From an uncultured Dictyoglomota bacterium (GTDB lineage: Bacteria > Dictyoglomota > Dictyoglomia > Dictyoglomales > Dictyoglomaceae): a DNA stretch of 46,445 bases. The notes under the pieces were generated by a model, which was not told the origin of the DNA, did no database searches, and saw only the letters and a list, made by a program, of their open reading frames with translations. The stretch lies in assembly GCA_964654465.1 (NCBI GenBank), contig CAZZIO010000062.1, positions 1 through 46,445 on the forward strand, written 5' to 3'. Below, piece after piece: positions 29,081-38,236 of the stretch. Within the stretch, counting starts at the first letter, position 1, and each line of letters starts with the position of its first letter. The translations under genes and the position numbers were made by a program.

Positions 29081-30531
29081 TGAAAGGAGTGAGAAATTTG
29101 ATTGAAACCGGGAAAGAAATATTAAATTACCTTTCTCGTCTTGGCGTAGATTACGCAGATGTAAGAATTGTAAAAAGACTCAAAGAGGAGATTGAAGTTA
29201 AAAATGGAATTTTAGAAACAGCAGTAAAAAACGAAACCTACGGATATGGAATCAGAGTACTCTATAATGGAGCATGGGGGTTTGCATCTTCCTTTGACTT
29301 CTCCCAATACAAGAAAGTAGCAGAAAAAGCCCTAATAATAGCCAAAGCAAGTGCCAAAACCAATAAAAAAAGGGTAGCTTTAGCCCCTGCAGAAATCATA
29401 AAGGCTAAATGGAGCAATAGCTACCAAATAGATCCATTTTTAGTACCTTTTGAAAAAAAATTGGATCTACTTTTTACAGCTGATAAAACTATGAGAGAAG
29501 TTAAAGGCATCACCCTTACAGAATCTTCTCTATCATTTTTTAGAGAAGATAAGGTTTTCTTAAGTAGCGAAGGAACAGAAATAGAGCAGAGTATATTAGA
29601 AAGTGGTGGTGGAATTACTGCCTATGCAATCGAAGGAAGCGACATACAAAGGAGATCTTATCCTAATTCTTTTGGAGGTGATTTTAGAAAAGGGGGATGG
29701 GAATTTATTGAAGATTTAGACCTGGTTGGACATGCAGAAAAAATAGCAAAAGAAGCAGTTAGCCTCCTTTCCGCAGAACCATTACCCGAAATGGTAACTA
29801 CTCTTATTTTAGATGGAACCCAATTAGCTTTACAGGTACATGAATCTTGTGGACACCCAACAGAACTTGATAGAGTATTAGGGATGGAAGCAAGTTTTGC
29901 AGGAACAAGCTTTTTAACCTTAGAAAAAAGAGGCAACTTCCAATATGGATCAGAGATTGTAAATATTGTAGCCGATGCTACTCATCCTTATGGTCTGGGA
30001 AGTTTTGGATATGATGATGAAGGAATACCTGCCCAAAGAAGTTATTTAGTGAAAGATGGTATTTTTGTAGGATACTTAACTTCAAGAGAAACAGCAACCA
30101 TATTAGGAGAAAAATCAAACGGTACTATGAGAGCGGATGGATGGAATAGAATTCCTATTATAAGAATGACAAATATTAATCTTCTTCCCGGAAATATACC
30201 TTTTGAGGACTTAATAGCCTCCACAGAAGAAGGAGTTTACATGGCAGTAAATAAAAATTGGTCAATAGATGATAAAAGATTAAATTTCCATTTTGGGTGC
30301 GAGATAGCTTATGAAATAAAAGATGGAAAGATAGGTAAGATTTATAAAAATCCATATTATACAGGTATTACCTATGAATTTTGGAGAAGTTGTGATGCTA
30401 TAGCTGATGAAAAATCTTGGAGAGTCTGGGGAGTACCAAATTGTGGAAAGGGAGAACCTATACAAGTAGCCAGAGTTGGACATGGTGTATCTCCTGCAAG
30501 ATTTCGTAAAGTAAAGGTAGGTGGTAAATAA
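29077..30531 (+). CDS. tldD: TldD metalloprotease (start may be TTG at 29098)
   Basis: YADVR, GIRV...GAWGFA, HESCGHPTELDR zinc motif, YDDEG, RMTN, CGKG. Confidence 0.9.
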   Translation: MMKGVRNLIETGKEILNYLSRLGVDYADVRIVKRLKEEIEVKNGILETAVKNETYGYGIRVLYNGAWGFASSFDFSQYKKVAEKALIIAKASAKTNKKRVALAPAEIIKAKWSNSYQIDPFLVPFEKKLDLLFTADKTMREVKGITLTESSLSFFREDKVFLSSEGTEIEQSILESGGGITAYAIEGSDIQRRSYPNSFGGDFRKGGWEFIEDLDLVGHAEKIAKEAVSLLSAEPLPEMVTTLILDGTQLALQVHESCGHPTELDRVLGMEASFAGTSFLTLEKRGNFQYGSEIVNIVADATHPYGLGSFGYDDEGIPAQRSYLVKDGIFVGYLTSRETATILGEKSNGTMRADGWNRIPIIRMTNINLLPGNIPFEDLIASTEEGVYMAVNKNWSIDDKRLNFHFGCEIAYEIKDGKIGKIYKNPYYTGITYEFWRSCDAIADEKSWRVWGVPNCGKGEPIQVARVGHGVSPARFRKVKVGGK

Positions 30532-31850
30532 TGTGGGGAGAAGATAGAGCATTAAGTTTTCTTAAAGATTTAATTAAAAAGCTACCCTATGAAAGAAAAG
30601 AAGTATGTTTACATATAAATTCCCAAGAATTAACAAGATATGCCAATAATATTATCCATCAAAATGTAGCTGAAGAAAATTTAAACCTATATATAAGAGT
30701 AGGTGAGGGAAATAAGAAGGTTGCTATATCTACCAGTAATTTAGAAGGAAAAAGTTTAGAAAATCTTATCAAAGATTTGGATACTTTACTAAAAAGTCAA
30801 CCTGATACAGAAGAATTATATCTGCCAGATCCAGAACCTATCCCAAGTTACGAGAAAAAGACTTTTGATCCCTCACCAGAAAAAAGAGCAGACATTGTTA
30901 AAAAACTTATAGACAAAGCTGAAAAACATAATTTAAATACTTTTGGAGCAATATCAGAAGAAATAGGAGAAATAGCAGTAGTAAACTCAAAAGGTTTAGA
31001 ATCATATGGTACTTACGCCTATTCTCATGGTAAGGTTATGTATATGGGGGATGGATCTGGATACCAAGAAGAAATAGGGAAAGATGTAGATAGTATAGAC
31101 TATGAATCCCTATCGGAAAGAGCCCTTCAAAAATGTATAGATAGCAAAAATCCTCAAGAAATAGATCCAGGAATTTATACTGTGATCCTTGAGCCTTTAG
31201 CAGTAGGGGAACTTTTAGAACAAATAGCCTATTTTGGTTTTTCAGCTAAAGCAGTACAAGAAAAAAGATCTTTTATATCCTTATATCAAGGACAAAAAAT
31301 ATTTAAAGATAATATAACTATCTATGATAATGGCTACGATCCTAACGGAATAATATTTCCTATAGATTTTGAAGGAGTGCCTAAAAAACACGTAGATCTT
31401 ATTAAAAATGGTATAGTAATGGGACCTGTATACGACACTACAACCGCAGTAAAAGAAGGAAAGAACTCTACAGGACATGCCCTTCCTCCACCATCTACCT
31501 ATCCATTACCTTTTAATCTTTTCTTTGTTGCAGGAGAAAAACCATTAAGCAAAATTATATCTGAAACTGAAAAAGGAATACTCGTTACAAGATTTCATTA
31601 TGTCAATGCCTTCTTAGATCCTATTAGAGTTTTGGCAACTGGGATGACAAGAGATGGTACATTTCTCATAGAGAATGGAAAAATTACAAAACCCCTTAAA
31701 AATTTAAGATTTACCCAAAGTTTTATTGAAGTCCTTAGTAATGTAGAAGAGATCTCAAAAGAAACCTATTTAGTACCCAATATAGGTTTTGCAAGAGTAC
31801 CTGCAATTAAGGTTTTAGCATTTAATTTTACTGGAAAAACAGAATTTTAA
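30531..31850 (+). CDS. pmbA: TldE/PmbA subunit
   Basis: TRYANNIIHQN, PGIYTVILEP, DFEGVP, STGHA, TGMTRDG; lacks the HExxxH motif. Confidence 0.85.
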   Translation: MWGEDRALSFLKDLIKKLPYERKEVCLHINSQELTRYANNIIHQNVAEENLNLYIRVGEGNKKVAISTSNLEGKSLENLIKDLDTLLKSQPDTEELYLPDPEPIPSYEKKTFDPSPEKRADIVKKLIDKAEKHNLNTFGAISEEIGEIAVVNSKGLESYGTYAYSHGKVMYMGDGSGYQEEIGKDVDSIDYESLSERALQKCIDSKNPQEIDPGIYTVILEPLAVGELLEQIAYFGFSAKAVQEKRSFISLYQGQKIFKDNITIYDNGYDPNGIIFPIDFEGVPKKHVDLIKNGIVMGPVYDTTTAVKEGKNSTGHALPPPSTYPLPFNLFFVAGEKPLSKIISETEKGILVTRFHYVNAFLDPIRVLATGMTRDGTFLIENGKITKPLKNLRFTQSFIEVLSNVEEISKETYLVPNIGFARVPAIKVLAFNFTGKTEF

Positions 31851-31858
31851 AAAAATAT

Positions 31859-31884
31859 AGGGGAGAGATTTTTCTCTCTCCCCT
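31859..31884. terminator. Intrinsic terminator between convergent pmbA and hsp20
   Basis: AGGGGAGAGA/TCTCTCCCCT stem; T-rich tail on the minus strand. Confidence 0.75.
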
Positions 31885-31901
31885 CACTAATGCCTTATTA
31901 A

Positions 31902-32354
31902 TTACTTTTCTTCTTTAATCTTAATTTTTATTCCTTCAATCTTTTCAGGTTTAGCCTTTGGTAATGTTAAGGTAAGTACTCCATTCTTATATACAGCCTC
32001 ACTCTTATCAGGTAGTACAGGCTTTGGTAGATCTATTCTTCTATAGATCCTTCCAAGCCTTCTTTCTTTTCTATAAAAGTTCTCCTTCTTTACTTCTTCC
32101 TCTTCTTTAGTTTCTCCCTGGATAACTACACTATCTTCTGTTACGCTAATATCTACATCCTCTGGTTTGAAGCCAGGGAGTTCAACTTTTAATACTATAT
32201 TTTCGTTGGTCTCATACATATCTATAGCAGGGGTAAAGCTCCCTCTTCTTTCCTCAACAATTCCTGGTTCTCCAAAAAATTCGGAGAACAATCTATCCAT
32301 TTCTCTTTGAAGATGTCTTATTTCCTCAAAGGGATCCCAATATCTTCTTAACAT
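31902..32354 (-). CDS. Hsp20/alpha-crystallin small heat shock protein
   Basis: WDPF, PAIDMYE, ELPG, ERRLG, AVYKNGVLTLTLPK. Confidence 0.96.
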   Translation of the reverse strand: MLRRYWDPFEEIRHLQREMDRLFSEFFGEPGIVEERRGSFTPAIDMYETNENIVLKVELPGFKPEDVDISVTEDSVVIQGETKEEEEVKKENFYRKERRLGRIYRRIDLPKPVLPDKSEAVYKNGVLTLTLPKAKPEKIEGIKIKIKEEK

Positions 32355-32379
32355 AATTCCACCTCCTCATTAGATTTTG

Positions 32380-32432
32380 ATATATATTAACTTTTTCTAT
32401 ATATATTATATATCCATAAAAATTTTTGTCAA
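32380..32432 (-). promoter_or_regulatory. hsp20 promoter with ATATATAT-N11-ATATATAT inverted repeat over the transcription start
   Basis: TTGACA (32432-32427)-N16-TATAAT (32410-32405); inverted repeat at 32380-32406. Confidence 0.65.
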
Positions 32433-32519
32433 GGGGTCTGAAGAATGTAGGGTAAATAGAAGATATGGAAAGGAGAGTTGGTGTTCTAGAAAATCCTATT
32501 ACTTATGGCTATGAATACG

Positions 32520-33613
32520 ATAGTTTCGTAATATCCCAATTAAAAGAGGAATATGTATAGAGAATAAATCGTCAACAAGCACATGTCCAAAATATGCCAT
32601 TAATATAGATAAGATTATTCTCTTCTCGAAGTTAAAATCCCTTCTTATTCCCTTATAAATTTGTTCAAGGGGTTACTGCATGTCTTAGAATTTCTAAAAT
32701 TCCCTTTTTAATATTAGTATCATCTTTTAAAGCATACTTAGGAAAATAATATACAAAACATCCAAGCCCTACAGCAAACCATAAATTATCCCTAACCATT
32801 CTTATTATCCCTTTATATATGTATAGTCTTTCATAAATAGAACTTTCGCTCCCTTTTGAAAAGACATGCAAAAACATATACTTAAGATTTGGAATAAAAA
32901 GGTTAAATCTTATAAAAATTATCAAAAGAATAACCCAAAATATATACCAGTATTTCTTAAGAAAATAAAAAACTCTTTGAAAAAAACAAAAATAAAAAAC
33001 CAAATATAAGCCCTAAAAAGGCTCCTCTCGTTTGGGTAATAAAAAGTCCTAAGAAACAAAACAATAAATAAACAAGATTTTTCAATTTAAAACCATCTTT
33101 TATTAAAATTCCCAATCCAGCCATAATGCCAAATTCAAGAATAAGGAAAGCCCTTGTTCACCTACACCTAAAACTAGTCCCCTACTAAAATTCCCATCTA
33201 CAACCCCAAAATTATCAATGTGGATAGAAATTTTAAATGCATAAGATAAAGTTAAGATTAAACCCAAAAAAACTGCCCTTAAAAATAGAATCTATAACTT
33301 TTTGGGGATATAATATTCTATATTTACCTAACGTATAAAACCAAAGAAATACAATAGGTATAAAGGAGACCAATAAGGCTTCTAATTTTCTCCCCGAGAT
33401 TAAAGAGCTAACAAATCCTGATAGAATAAATCCTAAAATAAGAACCTTATCCAATTTATCAGAAAAGATATTTCTCAATGCTTCTTTGACCTTTAAACCT
33501 ATGGATAAATAGATAGCATATGGTAATTGAAAAATATAACTGAAGGTAGATAAGATCAACACCCAAATCTCAAGATTAACATTATTTAGTTTATTACTAA
33601 ATTTTTTCTCCAT
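32520..33613 (-). pseudogene. Degraded O-antigen ligase family gene
   Basis: Fragments in different frames: ORF 33613-33233, TQTRGAFLG near 33040, ERLYIY...FAVGLG (33003-32665) and ILMAYFGH/LVDD near 32600. These are collinear with 4382..5518. The 3' end is approximate. Confidence 0.8.
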
Positions 33614-33766
33614 AACATATCTTTATACATCAACCTATTAATTTTTTCAAGAATTTTAATTAAAAGGCATTTCTTTACTATATAACATACTAAAGATCAA
33701 ACATTGACATACTTTTGATAATAATTACAAAAATTTTAAAATTCTATTAACTATTAGAAAGGGTGG

Positions 33767-33787
33767 TATGTGATATTATTTCATATA
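33767..33787. promoter_or_regulatory. GlnR/TnrA-like box overlapping an extended -10 upstream of glnA
   Basis: TATGTGA-N7-TCATATA, one mismatch from TGTNA-N7-TNACA; contains TGaTATTAT. Confidence 0.45.
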
Positions 33788-33846
33788 TAAATTTATAAAT
33801 TATGTATGAAGGAATTCTGATAAACAAATCTTAAAGGAGGGAAAAA

Positions 33847-35187
33847 ATGAAAAACAGCTTTCCTAAAACTAAAGAAGAAGTTTTAAAGTATATCAAAGAC
33901 AATGACATTTATTTTGTGGAGATTTGGTTTGCAGATGTATTGGGATATCTTAAAAGTTTCACTATAACAGCCCACGAACTTGAGAAAGCCTTTGAAGAAG
34001 GATTGGGATTTGATGGCTCATCTGTTAGAGGATATACGAGAATTGATGAAAGTGATATGATTGCTTTTCCAGAACCAGAAACTTTTACCATTCTTCCCTG
34101 GAGACAAAAAGAGATAAAAGTAGCAAGAATGTTTGCCACAATAGTAGAACCAAATGGAAAACTCTTTGACGGAGATCCAAGAAATGTACTTAAAAAGATG
34201 CTAAAGAAAGCAAAAGATATGGGATTTACTTACTATGTTGGTCCTGAATTAGAATTTTTCTATTTCAAATCTCCAAACCCACCCCTTGAGGTATTAGATT
34301 GGGGAGGTTATTTTGATTTAATACCAAGGGATGAAGCTATAGACTTAAGAAATCAAACCGTTAAAATACTTGAAGAAATGGGTATTACAGTTGAATATAA
34401 TCATCATGAAGTAGCTCCCTCTCAACATGAAATTGATTTTAGATATTCCGATGCTCTCACAATGGCAGATACAGTTATGACCGCAAGATTAGCAATAAAG
34501 GAAGTAGCCTATCTAAATGGAGTATACGCAACATTTATGCCCAAACCTCTTTTTGGACAAAATGGCTCAGGTATGCATGTTCACATGAGCTTATTTAAAG
34601 ATGGAAAAAATGCCTTTTTTGAGCATAACGATCCATACCATTTATCCCCAATTGCCAAACATTTTATTGCTGGTCTTTTAAAACATGCAAAAGAAATTAC
34701 ATTAATCACCAACCAATGGGTGAATTCTTATAAAAGGTTAGTACCTGGTTATGAAGCACCAGTTTATATATCTTGGGCTATGAGAAATAGGTCTGATCTT
34801 ATTAGAGTACCCATGTATAAACCTGGAAAGGAAGAAGCTACAAGAATTGAATATAGAGCTCCTGATCCAGCTTGTAATCCTTATCTCGCCTTTGCTGTAA
34901 TGTTAGCCGCAGGACTTGAAGGAATAGAAAAGAAATATCCTCTTCCAGATCCTGTAGAAGAGAATGTTTATCATATGACAGAAGAGGAAAGAAGAAAAAG
35001 AGGAATAGAGAGTCTTCCTGGAAGCTTGATTGAAGCCATAGAAATAACTGAAAAAAGTGAGCTAGTAAGAAAAACATTGGGGGATCATGTATTTACAAAC
35101 TTTATAGAGAATAAGAAGATTGAATGGGATAATTACAGAAGACAAGTGACTACCTACGAGTTAGAAACCTATCTACCAATACTATAA
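33847..35187 (+). CDS. glnA: Glutamine synthetase type I
   Basis: FDGSS, GPELEFF, HHEVAPSQHE, ATFMPKP, NGSGMHVH, NSYKRLVPGYEAP, RIEYRAPD. Confidence 0.98.
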   Translation: MKNSFPKTKEEVLKYIKDNDIYFVEIWFADVLGYLKSFTITAHELEKAFEEGLGFDGSSVRGYTRIDESDMIAFPEPETFTILPWRQKEIKVARMFATIVEPNGKLFDGDPRNVLKKMLKKAKDMGFTYYVGPELEFFYFKSPNPPLEVLDWGGYFDLIPRDEAIDLRNQTVKILEEMGITVEYNHHEVAPSQHEIDFRYSDALTMADTVMTARLAIKEVAYLNGVYATFMPKPLFGQNGSGMHVHMSLFKDGKNAFFEHNDPYHLSPIAKHFIAGLLKHAKEITLITNQWVNSYKRLVPGYEAPVYISWAMRNRSDLIRVPMYKPGKEEATRIEYRAPDPACNPYLAFAVMLAAGLEGIEKKYPLPDPVEENVYHMTEEERRKRGIESLPGSLIEAIEITEKSELVRKTLGDHVFTNFIENKKIEWDNYRRQVTTYELETYLPIL

Positions 35188-35215
35188 AAAAGGAGGGAGA
35201 ATTCTCCCTCCTTTT
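35188..35215. terminator. Bidirectional terminator, perfect 28-bp palindrome
   Basis: AAAAGGAGGGAGAATTCTCCCTCCTTTT between convergent genes. Confidence 0.85.
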
Positions 35216-35228
35216 AATATGCGTATAA

Positions 35229-35990
35229 TCATGCTTCATGAAGCACTCCTTCCTTTACTATAGAGTAGGCTATAACCATATACCCTCCTAAATAGATTAT
35301 CCTATTTATTTTAAAAAGTTCATAGGAACTAAGTATATATGAAAATATCAAATTAGCAACCGAAAGAAGAGCAATACTTAAAGTTAAAAGGTAATAATTT
35401 TTAGCGATCTCTCCACCCCAGAAATTAGTAGTAATAGTTAGAAAGAGAATCATAAAAACAACAAGTAGCATATAGTCTCCTATTAAAAACAATATATTAA
35501 TAATTTTATCTTCGAGAAGCATGGTGCTATTAAGTAGAGTAGGTAATATACCTACCTGCAAAATCAAGATAAAGAGGAGAATCGCATTAATTACAAGAAG
35601 AAAATTCTCGTTAAAGCTCAATCTTACCCTTAAAGAACTGCTTAGGAATATAATAAAAAGTAAAAGGGCAACAAAATTTAGTATAAATGACAAAAGCTTT
35701 AACATTTGAGCATTTTCAAATTTAAAAATTATATCGAGAAAATCACTTAAAAGATAGATAAAAAAACCTAAAAGGATAAAAAGCCAACCAAACCACAATT
35801 TCTGTTTCCTATCAATCTTAAAGAAGAATAATAAAGCCACAACAAAAGCTAAAAATTCCACAAAAAGATAAACCATATTATAAATATTTTCAGGAATATT
35901 AATGTTAAATAAGGGAATAGTTGAAAAGAGAATAACAAGAAGAAGCCCTATAAAGAACAAAATCTCTACCAGTCTCACTTTGTCTTTCAT
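35229..35990 (-). CDS. Polytopic (7-8 TM) membrane protein resembling a stand-alone membrane sensor domain
   Basis: Hydrophobic throughout; W.FI..GF....LSD, GD..LL and FWGG....Y.L motifs; no cytoplasmic output domain. Confidence 0.6.
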   Translation of the reverse strand: MKDKVRLVEILFFIGLLLVILFSTIPLFNINIPENIYNMVYLFVEFLAFVVALLFFFKIDRKQKLWFGWLFILLGFFIYLLSDFLDIIFKFENAQMLKLLSFILNFVALLLFIIFLSSSLRVRLSFNENFLLVINAILLFILILQVGILPTLLNSTMLLEDKIINILFLIGDYMLLVVFMILFLTITTNFWGGEIAKNYYLLTLSIALLSVANLIFSYILSSYELFKINRIIYLGGYMVIAYSIVKEGVLHEA

Positions 35991-35991
35991 A

Positions 35992-37014
35992 TCACCCTCC
36001 TACCCTCTCAAGATTTTCAGGATTCAAATATGAAAATACTTGAGACATCTCTGGACTACTTTTTATACTTTCATAAAACTCTCTATAAACATCTATGTAT
36101 TTTTGATCTGACATTTTCTTTCCCCAAAGTTTTGAAACCTCTGAATTTATTTTTTTTATCAATATTACAAAATTGCTAACTAATTCATACCAGCTCACAT
36201 TGAGGTTATTACTTAGTAAGAATTCACCATTGTTTATATTTAAAATATCTTTCCACAATCCCTCATTTTCATTATATATCTTCTCTATAATTTTCCTTAT
36301 CTTTTCAGGATAAATTCCAATTCCCGTATAGGCTCTGACCAAATAATTTAGAAAAGAAGTAAGAATTTCAGCTATAAATTCTGTATTTCTCTCAATCTCA
36401 CCAAATCTTAAAGAGGGAAGTTTTAAATTTTTAAAATCTTTTAGAGAAACAATGTGAAGCATCAAAAATCCTGATTTACTATTTAAATAATTTATGAGAT
36501 TTATCTTATCCTCATCTTGACGCATCTTACCATCTTTCTCTGAATAATATCCTAAATATCTCCCATCATAAAAGAGAAAGTGAAGTTTTTCAGTATTAAA
36601 ATCTAAAAAGATATGCCCTATCTGCTCCCTTTCCATAAGTTTTTCTATCATACCCATAGAATCAAATATCTTAGCATCACCACTTAAAACAGGATTAATA
36701 AATAATCTAATAAGTAAACTTTTTATAATTTCATCTTCAAGAACATATAAAGATATTGAGGAAACCCTCATCATAGCATCAGTAACAAAAGTCTCAATAG
36801 CTTCATCATCTTGAACCAAAATTGTACTATCAGTATAGGTAAATGCCTTTCGAGGATCACCATCTGTAATAAGTATTTGAGTAGTAATATCTCCAACTTT
36901 TCCCTCTAATACCCCATTAAAATTTTCCATATGAATCCACGCTACAAGTTCTTTTACATTAATTAGTGCTGAAGGCGTATCCTCGTATATAGGCTTTCCT
37001 TTTGGAAATTTCAT
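35992..37014 (-). CDS. Hypothetical protein with PATAN/DUF4388-like repeats
   Basis: MKFPKGKPIYED...NFNGVL...ILITDG, and a second unit ...QIGHI...FLFYDG; paralogue-like to 27230..28156. Confidence 0.6.
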   Translation of the reverse strand: MKFPKGKPIYEDTPSALINVKELVAWIHMENFNGVLEGKVGDITTQILITDGDPRKAFTYTDSTILVQDDEAIETFVTDAMMRVSSISLYVLEDEIIKSLLIRLFINPVLSGDAKIFDSMGMIEKLMEREQIGHIFLDFNTEKLHFLFYDGRYLGYYSEKDGKMRQDEDKINLINYLNSKSGFLMLHIVSLKDFKNLKLPSLRFGEIERNTEFIAEILTSFLNYLVRAYTGIGIYPEKIRKIIEKIYNENEGLWKDILNINNGEFLLSNNLNVSWYELVSNFVILIKKINSEVSKLWGKKMSDQKYIDVYREFYESIKSSPEMSQVFSYLNPENLERVGG

Positions 37015-37105
37015 TTTTATGCCCCCCTAAATTAAGAATTTTAGTGTTTATTTAATCTTTAATTTATTTTACCACAGAATAAGATGTGTAATATAATATT
37101 TAATC

Positions 37106-37636
37106 ATGAAACTCACAGATCTTTTTTTTATATTCTTAAAAATTGGATGGTTGACCTTAGGCGGTGGATATGTAATGATCCCCCTATTCTTAGAGGAGAT
37201 TGTTAAGAGAAGAAATTATATGGATGAAGAAGAATTTATAAAAACCCTTACCCTAGCTCAACTTTTTCCAGGTCCTATAGCCTTTAATCTTGCTGTTTCT
37301 GTAGGATATAAATTAGGAAAAATAAAAGGAGCTATCATATCTGCGTTAGCTGTAGTTATACCATCCTTTGTATCTATTCTTGTCATAGCTATCTTCTTTT
37401 TAAACTTTCAAAAATTAAAAATAGTACAAGGATTCTTTTATGGTTTAAGACCTGCCATTGCCTCTGCTATGGTTCTTGCAGTATTTGAAATTTTCAAAAA
37501 AAGAAAGTGGAATACTCTACGCTTTCTTTCTTTTCTTTTTCTATCATTAATTTTGATTGTATTTAAAATCAATCCTATTTATATAATCATTCCATCTCTT
37601 ATAGTAATAATCTTATGGGTATACTTCAAGAATTAG
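37106..37636 (+). CDS. chrA: Short-chain chromate transporter, subunit 1
   Basis: FLKIG..TLGGGY, AQLFPGP, GYK, IPSF. Confidence 0.9.
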   Translation: MKLTDLFFIFLKIGWLTLGGGYVMIPLFLEEIVKRRNYMDEEEFIKTLTLAQLFPGPIAFNLAVSVGYKLGKIKGAIISALAVVIPSFVSILVIAIFFLNFQKLKIVQGFFYGLRPAIASAMVLAVFEIFKKRKWNTLRFLSFLFLSLILIVFKINPIYIIIPSLIVIILWVYFKN

Positions 37637-38145
37637 CAAAAGTCTTTTTTAAAATAGGTCTTTTTGGTTTTGGGGGTGGATATGCTATCATTGCCCTAAT
37701 AAGGCATTTAGTTGTAGAAGAGACAAAATGGCTTACTAACCTTCAATTCATAGATGTGGTTGCTATATCTCAAGTAACGCCAGGTCCTCTTGCCCTAAAT
37801 GCAGCAACTTTTATAGGTTATAAAATGGGGGGAATATTGGGTAGCTTAGTGGCAACTTTTAGCTCTGTGTTAGCACCCTTTATCTTAGTGTATCTGGCAT
37901 CTTATTTTGTCCATAATATTGGAAAAGAAAAAGTAGATCTGTATCTTTCTCTCCTCTCACCTCTCACTTTTGCCCTTATTATGTCTGGGACTTACAGTAT
38001 ATTAAAAGACTCTATATCTGATCCTTTTAGCATACTTCTATTTTTTATCTCATTATTTTTAGGGTATAAGGCAAAATGGAGTTTAACAAGAATCTTGCTT
38101 GTTTCTGGAATTATAGGTGAAATCTTATATTTATTCTTTAAATAG
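37615..38145 (+). CDS. chrA: Short-chain chromate transporter, subunit 2
   Basis: FFKIGLFGFGGGY, SQVTPGPLALNAATFIGY. Confidence 0.9.
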   Translation: MGILQELAKVFFKIGLFGFGGGYAIIALIRHLVVEETKWLTNLQFIDVVAISQVTPGPLALNAATFIGYKMGGILGSLVATFSSVLAPFILVYLASYFVHNIGKEKVDLYLSLLSPLTFALIMSGTYSILKDSISDPFSILLFFISLFLGYKAKWSLTRILLVSGIIGEILYLFFK

Positions 38146-38150
38146 ATTTA

Positions 38151-38220
38151 TTGTATAGTACGTAAAAATATGGTAGAATTTAATCAAAATATAGCTTATT
38201 TTTTAATAATTATGAAAAAA
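38151..38220 (+). promoter_or_regulatory. uxaE operon promoter with downstream palindromic operator candidate
   Basis: TTGTAT-N17-TAGAAT with extended TG; TTTTTT-A-ATAATTAT-G-AAAAAA at 38199-38220. Confidence 0.55.
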
Positions 38221-38236
38221 TTGGAGGGCATATAAG

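Noticed and set aside
29077-31850. TldD/E as part of a RiPP biosynthetic cluster
   Set aside because: No precursor peptide, YcaO, radical SAM or exporter gene nearby.
32665-33613. ORFs 32665..33003 and 33233..33613 as independent genes
   Set aside because: They are collinear fragments of one O-antigen-ligase pseudogene.
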